Shown one piece after another: positions 38,642-47,434 of a stretch of DNA of 64,000 bases (the stretch's first letter is position 1; the number at the start of each line of letters is the position of its first letter). The notes beneath the pieces are model-generated. The model saw nothing but the letters and a program-made list of their open reading frames with translations, was not told the origin of the DNA and ran no database searches. The position numbers and the translations under genes are program-made. The DNA lies in assembly GCA_964475375.1 (NCBI GenBank), contig CAYYWI010000003.1, forward strand, positions 1,719 through 65,718. Reading direction: 5' to 3'. Source of the DNA: an uncultured Dehalococcoidia bacterium. Its GTDB lineage: Bacteria > Chloroflexota > Dehalococcoidia > UBA2247 > RBG-13-53-26.

Positions 38642-39400
38642 TCAGCCCTTGACCTTACCCAGATAGGCCTGTTTTACACCATCATTGGAAAGCAGTTCCC
38701 GAGCGGCACCTTCAAGGACTATTCGACCTCTCTCCATGACATAGCCTCTATCAGCGATCTTCAGAGCAGCCACGGCATCCTGCTCGATAAGCAGCACCGT
38801 CATCCCTCCGTCTCTCAGCTTGGCCAGAAGAGAGAGTATCTCTTTCACCAGCATCGGTGCCAGACCCAGGGAAGGCTCGTCCAGCAGCAATATCTTTGGG
38901 GATGACATGAGCGCCCGCCCGATGGCCAGCATCTGCTGCTCTCCGCCGCTCAAGCTGCCCGCCTTCTGCTTTTGCCGCTCCTGGAGCCTTGGGAAGAGCT
39001 TGAGCACCTTATCCAGATTGGCCTTGACGGGGGCGTCGCGCAGTGCACCGGGTGCATAACCGAAGTTGCGATACCATTTCCGCGTGTACAACGGGTAGCT
39101 TCCCAGGATCAGATTATCCATTACTGACATAGACCCGAAGATCTGCCTTCCCTCCGGCACGTACCCTACACCTAATCTTACCGTTTTATGCGGCGGACGG
39201 CCAGAAAGGCGCACTTCATCGAGCCAGACGCTGCCGCTTTTTACGGGAACCGTGCCCGAGATGGCGTTGAGGAGGCTGGTCTTTCCGGCTCCGTTTGAGC
39301 CGACGATGGTGACTATCTCGCCATCATTCACCACGAGAGAGACTTCTCTCACCGCAGTGGAGAGACCGTAGGCTACCGTGACGTTATCGACGCGCAGCAT
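38642..39400 (-). CDS. livF: branched-chain amino acid ABC transporter ATP-binding protein (LivF-like)
   Basis: Walker A GSNGAGKTS, signature LSGGEQQ, Walker B LLLDEP. Confidence 0.88.
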   Translation of the reverse strand: MLRVDNVTVAYGLSTAVREVSLVVNDGEIVTIVGSNGAGKTSLLNAISGTVPVKSGSVWLDEVRLSGRPPHKTVRLGVGYVPEGRQIFGSMSVMDNLILGSYPLYTRKWYRNFGYAPGALRDAPVKANLDKVLKLFPRLQERQKQKAGSLSGGEQQMLAIGRALMSSPKILLLDEPSLGLAPMLVKEILSLLAKLRDGGMTVLLIEQDAVAALKIADRGYVMERGRIVLEGAARELLSNDGVKQAYLGKVKG

Positions 39401-40176
39401 TATTCTTCCGCCTGTTCCTCGCCTAGATAAGCCGCGATCACCTTCTTGTCCTTCTGGATCTGGGAGGCGGTGCCTTCAGCTATCTTCTGGCCGCTGTCCA
39501 GGACGATGACCCACTCGGCAATGCCCATAACCAGGTCCATATCGTGTTCCACCAGTATGATGGTGATGCCCATGTCCCGGATGCGTCTGATGAGCTCGCT
39601 GAGCCCCTGCTTCTCCAGCGCATTCAGACCGGCCCCCGGCTCGTCAAGCAAAAGCAGCTTGGGTTCGGTGGCCAGGGCTCGGGCTATGGTCAGGAGCTTC
39701 TGCTGGCCCAGCGGCAAGCTCATAGCATTCCGGTCGGCGTACATGCCCAAGCCGACCAGATTGAGGTATTTCACAGCGTTCAGTGAGATGGTCTCCTCTT
39801 CGCGATGCGCCTTGGGCAACCGTAGCGCAGCTTCGAAAAAGCCGTAGCGGCTTCTCGGGTGCTGACCGGTCATCACGTTCTCCAGAGCCGTCATGTTGTC
39901 AAAGAGCAGGATGTTCTGGAAGGTGCGGGCGATGCCCAGGGAGGCTCTCTTGTGAGGTGGAACCTTGCTCATGGGCTTCCCCTGGAACAGTATCTCTCCG
40001 CTGGTTGGGATGTACACCCCGGCGATGAGATTGAACAAGGTGGTCTTACCGGCACCGTTCGGCCCGATGACGGAGGTGATCTTGCCGGCTTCCACCGACA
40101 GGTCAATCTTGTCAACGGCGGTCAGGCCGCCGAAGGCCTTGCAGAGACCTTTAATCTCCAGAATAGGACCGCTCAA
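39400..40176 (-). CDS. livG: branched-chain amino acid ABC transporter ATP-binding protein (LivG-like)
   Basis: Walker A GPNGAGKTT, signature, Walker B LLLLDEP. Confidence 0.88.
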   Translation of the reverse strand: MSGPILEIKGLCKAFGGLTAVDKIDLSVEAGKITSVIGPNGAGKTTLFNLIAGVYIPTSGEILFQGKPMSKVPPHKRASLGIARTFQNILLFDNMTALENVMTGQHPRSRYGFFEAALRLPKAHREEETISLNAVKYLNLVGLGMYADRNAMSLPLGQQKLLTIARALATEPKLLLLDEPGAGLNALEKQGLSELIRRIRDMGITIILVEHDMDLVMGIAEWVIVLDSGQKIAEGTASQIQKDKKVIAAYLGEEQAEE

Positions 40177-41156
40177 GGCACGGCTCCTTTATGAGCGCGC
40201 TTCAGCCGCCAGCGTTCAAATGCGTCTCTCATACCAACAAACAAGCCCTGAGGCACGAATATCATCACTACCATAAGTACTAGGCCGTAGACTATGATGT
40301 CCAATCCTCCGAACCTGAGCAATACTTCATTACTGAGTATGCGGACGACTGCCGTGCCGAAGAGGGCGCCCCAGATGCTGGCCAGTCCTCCCACGACTGC
40401 CATAGTAACTATCATTACCGAAGCCATGAACCCGAAGGGCTGGGGGTTGACGGAGCGGAAAGTATGGACGAACAGGCTCCCGGCAATCGAGGCGTAAACG
40501 GCGCTCAGGACGAATATCTTGATCTTGTATCTGCTCAGGTCAATGCCAACGGACTCCGCCGCAGGCTCGCTGCCGTGGATGGCCCTGAGGGCCCGCCCTG
40601 TTCGTGATCTGATGATGTTATGGGACACGAGCAAGGCCGCCAGGCAGAAAAACCAGACCAGGAAGTACTTCATCATAGAATTCTTGAACGCAATGCCGCC
40701 GATGGAGAGATAGGGGATGCCTGCCATGCCATCAGGACCACCAGTGTATTCGGTAAGTTCTCTGAACAGGACATAGACGACCAGTACCAGGCCAAGGGTA
40801 GCCATGGCCAGGTAGTTGCCCTTGAGCCTGAATATGGGAAAGCCTATGACATAGGCGAAGATTCCTGTGGCTGCAGCCGCAATGAGCATTGCCAGCCACG
40901 GATTAACGCCATAGGTTTTGCTGAGGATGGCAGAGACGTATGCGCCGATACCATAGAAAGCTGTTTGCCCCAGCGACACCTGGCCCGTGTAGCCCATTAG
41001 AAGACAGAGGCCCACAGTGACCATGGTGTTTATGGCAATAAATGTCATCAACATGGTGTAGTCGTCCAACTTTGGATGGAAGGGCACGATTGCCAGAAGG
41101 ATCAGCAATGCGCCGAATGCGAGGTAAGTCCACTTGTTCTTAGAAAGGGCTTTCAC
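40173..41156 (-). CDS. livM: branched-chain amino acid ABC transporter permease (LivM-like)
   Basis: Polytopic membrane protein in liv operon position 3. Confidence 0.8.
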   Translation of the reverse strand: MKALSKNKWTYLAFGALLILLAIVPFHPKLDDYTMLMTFIAINTMVTVGLCLLMGYTGQVSLGQTAFYGIGAYVSAILSKTYGVNPWLAMLIAAAATGIFAYVIGFPIFRLKGNYLAMATLGLVLVVYVLFRELTEYTGGPDGMAGIPYLSIGGIAFKNSMMKYFLVWFFCLAALLVSHNIIRSRTGRALRAIHGSEPAAESVGIDLSRYKIKIFVLSAVYASIAGSLFVHTFRSVNPQPFGFMASVMIVTMAVVGGLASIWGALFGTAVVRILSNEVLLRFGGLDIIVYGLVLMVVMIFVPQGLFVGMRDAFERWRLKRAHKGAVP

Positions 41157-41158
41157 TG

Positions 41159-42046
41159 TTAGCTTGTTCTCTCTTCTGTGGACAGGCTGCGAGACCTGAT
41201 CAGCAATATGATCAGGAGGACTATCAGGGCAATGGCGTCAGCATACTCGGACTGAAATGGTCCCCAGTTGATAGCCACTGTCATTGATTCGATGATTCCT
41301 ACAAGCAGGCCCCCGAAAAAGGCAATAGTGTAGCTTTTGAATCCACCGATTGCGGCGGCAACAAAGCCTTTCAAACCAAGCATCACTCCAGACTCGTAGG
41401 AAACGGTTGTGTGAGGAGCCATCACAGCGCCTCCGATGGCCCCGAGCGCCGCAGCCAATCCGAAGGCGATCAAGGCCATTGCTCTGGCATCAATGCCAAC
41501 CAACCCTGCGGCTCCTCTGCTGATGGAGCATGCTTTCAGTGCCTTACCGAGCATGGTGTAAGAGAAGAAGACATGCAGCATGATCATGGCCACGAGGGCA
41601 GTACCCATTATCCACAGGACCTGAGGTTGAATGTAGGCTCCTGCGAAAGAAAGAGATTCGCTTCCGGAGAAGTAAGGGGGCCGCACGGGGTCCCTTGTCC
41701 AAATCTGTCCGGCAACGCCTCGAATGAAGATAGAGGCTCCGATGGTGATGACGATCAAGCTGACTGCTGAGGCTTTTCTGGCTGGACGAATGCCGAGGAG
41801 GTAGAGCACAATGCCCACCAACGCCGCTACGGCGATGGAAAGCGGGATCGCCAGACCGATCGGCAGGCCAAAGGAAGTGAAGAGTATGTAAGAGAGCATG
41901 CCGCCGAGCATCACGAACTCGCCCTGCGCGAAGTTGATGATGCCGGTAACGGTGAAGATTATGGTGAACCCCAAGGCAACCAGAGCGTATATACTGCCCA
42001 TGGTGAGCCCGGAGATCAGATACTGCAGCAATTGGCCTGTTTCCAT
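41159..42046 (-). CDS. livH: branched-chain amino acid ABC transporter permease (LivH-like)
   Basis: Polytopic membrane protein with the ABC permease conserved loop. Confidence 0.8.
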   Translation of the reverse strand: METGQLLQYLISGLTMGSIYALVALGFTIIFTVTGIINFAQGEFVMLGGMLSYILFTSFGLPIGLAIPLSIAVAALVGIVLYLLGIRPARKASAVSLIVITIGASIFIRGVAGQIWTRDPVRPPYFSGSESLSFAGAYIQPQVLWIMGTALVAMIMLHVFFSYTMLGKALKACSISRGAAGLVGIDARAMALIAFGLAAALGAIGGAVMAPHTTVSYESGVMLGLKGFVAAAIGGFKSYTIAFFGGLLVGIIESMTVAINWGPFQSEYADAIALIVLLIILLIRSRSLSTEERTS

Positions 42047-42138
42047 CAGATGAACCCCATTGCCATCTCAGAAAGAGAAGGGGAAAGGTGTACCTTTCCC
42101 CTTCTGACAGCATCAGTGATTGCGATTCAGTTGAGCTT

Positions 42139-43302
42139 CTACGACGACTTGAGCCAGCTCCACACCCCGTTCTTGACCTCGACCATGATGAAGCATCCCT
42201 CAGTCAAACCGTTGTGGTCATCAAGGGACATGTTGAAAATGCCGCCTGTGCCCGGCCAGGCGGTGATCTTGTTCTCGATGTAGTCCCTGATCTTGGCCTT
42301 GTCCGGTCCCACCTTTTCGAGAGCCTCGACTACTATACTGAGTGCGTCATATGCATGACCGCCAAAGGTATCCGCTGTCTTGCCTGAATATTCCGCTTCA
42401 AAGTCCGTCTTGTACTTCAGCAGGACGGCTTTCTGGGGATCCGTATCATCCAACTGGTCAGCCACGAGCAGCTTTCCAGCGGGGAAGATGACCCCATTGG
42501 CAGAACTGCCGGCGTTGTTGATGAAAGTCATATTGGCCACACCATGGCTGCAGAAGAGCGGCATGGTCATATTGATATCAGTCCTGTTCTTGGCTACGAT
42601 TGCCGCCCCCTGGCTGGTGGTCCAGCAGACAAAGGCCTGGGCTGTGGTGTTCCTGATATTGGTCAATTGCGCCGTCATGTCGGTTCCAGCCGGGTCAAAG
42701 GTCTCTTTAGCCACTATGGTAATTCCGTAGCTGGCGGCCTCTGACTCCAGGAACGCCTTCCCTCCCTGGCCATAGCCTCCGGTGTCAGTCAATATGGCAA
42801 TGTTGGTGTAACCCTTGCTCTTCATGCATTTGTAGAGCTCCCTGACAGCCAGCACGTCGGATTGCGGCGTCTTGAAGACCCACTTGTTGGGAGCAGCCAC
42901 AATTGTTGCTCCCGCAGCGCAGGATATGAATGGTATCTCGCTATCGAGGATGGTCTGCTTGATGAAATTACTCTCGCCAGTGGAGCTGGGGCCGATGATA
43001 GCCAAAACCTGATCTTGCTCAATTAGACGCGCGGTCACCAAGGCGCATTCATTCGAGTCACTCTTAGTATCGTAGGCAATGACCTCCAACTTATGGCCGT
43101 TAATGCCGCCATTGTCGTTTATCTGCTTCACCATCATGTCAACGGTCTGTCGCTCGGGAGTGCCCAGTGATGAGTTGACGCCTGTCTCTGCAAAGATCGC
43201 CCCTACTTTATAGGACTCTTTCTCGCCGCATCCCGCCAGCGGGATCGCTGCCGCCAGTATGACCGCGACCAGCAGCAGATAGAACCATTTCCTCATGCTC
43301 AC
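42139..43302 (-). CDS. livK: ABC transporter substrate-binding lipoprotein (LivK/LivJ-like)
   Basis: Lipoprotein signal (LAGCGEK) followed by a periplasmic binding fold. Confidence 0.8.
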   Translation of the reverse strand: MSMRKWFYLLLVAVILAAAIPLAGCGEKESYKVGAIFAETGVNSSLGTPERQTVDMMVKQINDNGGINGHKLEVIAYDTKSDSNECALVTARLIEQDQVLAIIGPSSTGESNFIKQTILDSEIPFISCAAGATIVAAPNKWVFKTPQSDVLAVRELYKCMKSKGYTNIAILTDTGGYGQGGKAFLESEAASYGITIVAKETFDPAGTDMTAQLTNIRNTTAQAFVCWTTSQGAAIVAKNRTDINMTMPLFCSHGVANMTFINNAGSSANGVIFPAGKLLVADQLDDTDPQKAVLLKYKTDFEAEYSGKTADTFGGHAYDALSIVVEALEKVGPDKAKIRDYIENKITAWPGTGGIFNMSLDDHNGLTEGCFIMVEVKNGVWSWLKSS

Positions 43303-43368
43303 ACCCTCCTTTTGTAGTCTCCCGCAACCTGCGAATGGCTATTATTTTGGGGAGACTTAATATCTGGC

Positions 43369-43398
43369 ATTATATCAATCTGGCTGTTTGACCTGCAA
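43369..43398 (-). promoter_or_regulatory. Candidate promoter for the liv operon: TTGCAG-18-TGaTATAAT (extended -10)
   Basis: Seen on the minus strand about 60 nt upstream of the livK start. Confidence 0.35.
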
Positions 43399-43625
43399 AT
43401 CTCCTCGCACTTCTTGCTCTTGGGCTAACCGTCCTCGAAGCACGGGCTGGAACATCGGAATAATTCGACAGATTCTCATTTGGCAGCATGACCTTAGGAA
43501 TGTTTTGCACCTCCTGCCTCCTCTGATGCCCTTCAGGCTTTTCGAGATAGGATGAAACGACCGAAGGCACGTTGCCGTACAGAAGAAGCCTCTGATATAA
43601 TCGGGCGCACAAGAGGGTTTCAGGC

Positions 43626-45173
43626 TTGAAGATCGTCACCGTCGAACAGATGCGGGCCATCGAGCAGGAGGCAGCTAGGGTCGGACTGCCCTCTGAAGTG
43701 CTCATGCAGAACGCAGGACTGGCCGTAGCCCGGCACACCAGGAAATGGCTGGGCAGCGTGCTCGGCCGTCACTTCCTGATACTCATAGGCCCGGGCAATA
43801 ATGGCGGCGACGGACTGGTGGTCGCCCGGCATCTTCATGACTGGGGCGCTGAAGTCCATCTCTACTCACCATCGCCGAGAGCCGAGTTGGACGAGAATCT
43901 CCAGCTTTGCCGGAAAAGAGGCATCGCCATTGCTGACGACCATGCATCGTTGAAGAGCCTGCTGTCATCGGTGGACGTGATCATTGATGCATTCTTCGGC
44001 ACCGGCAAGTCCAGGCCTCTGGACGGCGCTTTCAAGCAAGCTCTGCTGACACTCAAAGAGGCCCGAAGCAGAGACAAGAAACTGAAGGTTGTGGCGCTGG
44101 ACCTGCCATCGGGGCTGAATGCGGATACAGGCGCAGTCGATGATGCCTGCGTCCCGGCCGATCTCACGATTACCCTCGGCTACCCCAAGCAAGGTCTGTT
44201 CACCTTCCCCGGCGCCGGCGTGCTCGGGCAACTGGTTATCGCCGACATCGGGATACCGGACCGCCTGGCGGATCACGTTGCCACCGAGCTTATTGACAGA
44301 GACAAGGTCAGAGCCATCCTGCCAAGGCGATCCCCGGATGCCAACAAGGGAACGTTTGGCCGGGTGCTCATCTGCGGCGGCTCCATCAACTACATCGGGG
44401 CCATGTACCTGGCCTGCGAGGCTGCCGCACGGGTGGGCGCAGGAGTGGTGACGCTGGCAACACCGAAGAGCCTCCAGCCCATCCTGGCCTCCAAGCTGAC
44501 AGAGATCACCTATGCCCCGCTGCCGGAGTCAGAGTACGGAATTGTAGCCTCAGATGCAGCCGAGGCCATCCGGCCGTTCTTGTCCAGCTCCGATGTTCTG
44601 CTCCTCGGCTGCGGCCTCGGACAAAGCGCGGCAGCGTTGTCCTTTGTAGAATCGTTGTTGCTAGGAACCGCTGATCTTCCCAAGCTGGTCCTGGATGCTG
44701 ATGCCCTCAACCTGCTGCCAAAGATCCCTCAGTGGTGGCAGAAAGCACCCGGTGATGCTATACTCACTCCACATCCGGGGGAGATGTCAAGACTCACAGG
44801 GCTGTCTGTACAAGAAATCCAAACAAGAAGACGCAGTGTAGCCAGAGATGCAGCGATGTCGTGGCGGAAGGTGATCGTACTTAAAGGGGCGTGTACCGTA
44901 GTCGCCAGCCCGGACGGCAAGGTCAGCATCAATCCCACAGTCAATCCGGGACTGGCTTCGGCCGGCACGGGTGATGTTCTGGCCGGAGCGATAGCCGGGC
45001 TAGCTGCCCAGGGACTTTCCCTGCATGATGCTGCTGCCAGCGGGGTATTTCTTCATAGCCAGGCCGGTGAGATGGCCAGGAAGAACCTGGGGGATGCCGG
45101 AATGCTGGCCAGCGATCTCTTGCCGCTTCTCCCCGCAGCCATCAAGGCCACCAAGGAAAATGGCCCCGCCTGA
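43626..45173 (+). CDS. nnr: bifunctional NAD(P)H-hydrate repair enzyme Nnr (epimerase + ADP-dependent dehydratase)
   Basis: YjeF N-terminal (LILIGPGNNGGDG) and C-terminal (carbohydrate kinase-like) domains. TTG start. Confidence 0.88.
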   Translation: MKIVTVEQMRAIEQEAARVGLPSEVLMQNAGLAVARHTRKWLGSVLGRHFLILIGPGNNGGDGLVVARHLHDWGAEVHLYSPSPRAELDENLQLCRKRGIAIADDHASLKSLLSSVDVIIDAFFGTGKSRPLDGAFKQALLTLKEARSRDKKLKVVALDLPSGLNADTGAVDDACVPADLTITLGYPKQGLFTFPGAGVLGQLVIADIGIPDRLADHVATELIDRDKVRAILPRRSPDANKGTFGRVLICGGSINYIGAMYLACEAAARVGAGVVTLATPKSLQPILASKLTEITYAPLPESEYGIVASDAAEAIRPFLSSSDVLLLGCGLGQSAAALSFVESLLLGTADLPKLVLDADALNLLPKIPQWWQKAPGDAILTPHPGEMSRLTGLSVQEIQTRRRSVARDAAMSWRKVIVLKGACTVVASPDGKVSINPTVNPGLASAGTGDVLAGAIAGLAAQGLSLHDAAASGVFLHSQAGEMARKNLGDAGMLASDLLPLLPAAIKATKENGPA

Positions 45174-45200
45174 GGCGGAGTCGATTCGAGGAAAAAAGAG

Positions 45201-45968
45201 ATGTTACTTGCCATCGACATAGGTAATACCAAAACTGCCTGCGGCATTTTCGAAGGCAACAAGCTGAAGTCCAACCTGTCGATTGCCACCAGTATCCACA
45301 GGTCAGCAGATGAGTATGCTGCCCTTTTGTTCAATCTGCTTCCCCATCACAAAGTGGCTAAAGAAGACATCAAAGAGGCTGTCATGTGCGGCGTCGTACC
45401 TCCTCTGGTTCCTGTGTTCGAGGAGCTGTGCCAGAATTACCTGGGGATCACGCTGCTCGTGGTTGAGGCGGGAGTAAAGACCGGCGTACGAATCAGCATG
45501 GAGAACCCGCGAGAGGTGGGCCCCGACCGCATCGTCAACGCCGCCGCCGCCTACCGCCTCTATGGCGGCCCGGCCATCGTCATCGACATGGGCACGGCCA
45601 CCACGTTCGACGTCATCTCCGAAGAGGGCGACTATATAGGCGGCGCAATTGCGCCGGGCATGGAGATGGCCAGCGAGGCCCTCTTCACCCGCACCGCCAG
45701 GCTGCCGCGCATAGAGCTGGTTCGACCGGCCAATGCCATCGGCAAGAACACCGTGGCCGCCATGCAGTCAGGAGTCATCTTCGGATACACAGGCCTCGTT
45801 GATGGTCTGGTGAACCGAATCACCAAGGAGATGGGCGCCAAGCCCAAGGTCATCGCCACCGGTGGCTATGCTCACGTCATCGCCAAGGAAACAAGCGTCA
45901 TAGAGGTGGTGAATCGCCACCTCACCCTGTATGGACTGCAACTGATCTACGACCTCAACAGGCGCTAG
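45201..45968 (+). CDS. coaX: type III pantothenate kinase
   Basis: MLLAIDIGNTKTACGIF is the type III PanK signature N-terminus. Confidence 0.9.
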   Translation: MLLAIDIGNTKTACGIFEGNKLKSNLSIATSIHRSADEYAALLFNLLPHHKVAKEDIKEAVMCGVVPPLVPVFEELCQNYLGITLLVVEAGVKTGVRISMENPREVGPDRIVNAAAAYRLYGGPAIVIDMGTATTFDVISEEGDYIGGAIAPGMEMASEALFTRTARLPRIELVRPANAIGKNTVAAMQSGVIFGYTGLVDGLVNRITKEMGAKPKVIATGGYAHVIAKETSVIEVVNRHLTLYGLQLIYDLNRR

Positions 45969-46177
45969 GCCGACCCGCCTGCCGCCCCCCTGGACTCTCA
46001 CCGGGTATCATTGCGAGGAGTCCGCCTCAAGCGGACGACGAGGCAATATCGCCCAGCCCGAGAATGGCTCGCAATGACAGTTTGGATGGGGCCCGAGTGA
46101 CCGCCGGGTTTGACATGGTCTCCGTTTCACGCACTCGGAGATGGAGTTTTTACCATGTTTAGGTTAATATTGGAGCG

Positions 46178-47404
46178 ATGATACAAGATAGAATCGTGCT
46201 CCTGGGAGTCACAGGCAGCATAGCGGCTTACAAGGCAGTGGAACTGGCCAGCAAGATGACACAGGCCGGGGCCAAGGTGGACGTAGTGATGACCAAATGC
46301 GCCACTGAGTTCGTGACGCCCCTCAGCTTCAGCAGCATCACCCATCGGCCCGCGGTCACAGATATGTTTGAAACGCCCGATGAGTACGAGATCGAGCACA
46401 TTGCCCTTGCGGAGCGCGCCAACGTGGTCGTCATCGTTCCCGCCACAGCCAACATCATCGCCAAGCTGGCGGCTGGCATTGCCGATGACATGCTCACCTG
46501 CTCGGTGCTGGCAACCAGGGCACCTGTCATCCTGGCACCGGCCATGAACGTGAACATGTGGGAGAACAAAATCACTCAGGAGAACCTGAGAAGGCTCCAG
46601 GCGAGGGGATTCAAAGTGGTTGAACCGGGAGCCGGATCACTGGCCTGCGGTGCACAAGGGAAAGGGCGTCTGGCTGATATCGAAGACATCCTTTCGGCCA
46701 TCAACCAGGTCTTGAACCAGAAAAACGATCTGGCAGGCAAGCGCGTTATCGTCACCGCCGGCGGCACCCAGGAGCCAATCGACCCGGTGCGCTACGTGGG
46801 CAACCGCAGCTCCGGCAAGATGGGCTTTGCGCTGGCTGAGGCTGCCCGTGACCGGGGAGCCTCGGTGACCCTGATCACCGGCCCTGTCGCGCTGCCCGAT
46901 CCGGCTGATGTTGAGGTCATTCATGTTCAGACCGCGCTGGAAATGCGCGATGCCATTTTCGAGACTGCCAAGAAGTCAGATGCCATCATCATGTCCGCTG
47001 CCCCTGCCGATTTCCGTCCGGCGATGGTGGCCAAGAACAAGATCAAGAAGGAGTCAACCCCCAGCTTAAGCCTGGAGTTGATCTCCAACCCCGATATCAT
47101 CAGCGAAGTGAAAACCGACATCATCAAGGTGGGATTTGCCGCCGAAAGTGAAAACCTGATAGACAACGCCACAGCCAAGTTGAAGAGAAAGAGCCTCCAT
47201 CTCATAGTGGCGAACGACATAACGGAGGCCCACAGTGGCTTTGGGACCGACACTAACAGGGTCACTCTGATCGACTGCCAGGGCAAGATCGAAGCCTTGC
47301 CGCTCATGCCCAAATCGGAGGTGGCCCATAAGGTTCTGGACAAGGTGGTCAACCTGCTGAATGCCAGCCGGACGAGCCAGAACAAGACCAGACGTCAGAA
47401 GTAG
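46178..47404 (+). CDS. coaBC: bifunctional phosphopantothenoylcysteine decarboxylase / phosphopantothenate--cysteine ligase
   Basis: N-terminal flavoprotein domain (LLGVTGSIAAYKA) and the C-terminal CoaB domain. Confidence 0.9.
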   Translation: MIQDRIVLLGVTGSIAAYKAVELASKMTQAGAKVDVVMTKCATEFVTPLSFSSITHRPAVTDMFETPDEYEIEHIALAERANVVVIVPATANIIAKLAAGIADDMLTCSVLATRAPVILAPAMNVNMWENKITQENLRRLQARGFKVVEPGAGSLACGAQGKGRLADIEDILSAINQVLNQKNDLAGKRVIVTAGGTQEPIDPVRYVGNRSSGKMGFALAEAARDRGASVTLITGPVALPDPADVEVIHVQTALEMRDAIFETAKKSDAIIMSAAPADFRPAMVAKNKIKKESTPSLSLELISNPDIISEVKTDIIKVGFAAESENLIDNATAKLKRKSLHLIVANDITEAHSGFGTDTNRVTLIDCQGKIEALPLMPKSEVAHKVLDKVVNLLNASRTSQNKTRRQK

Positions 47405-47434
47405 CCTGGTTTGACCTGTTCATAGAAGCAAACA

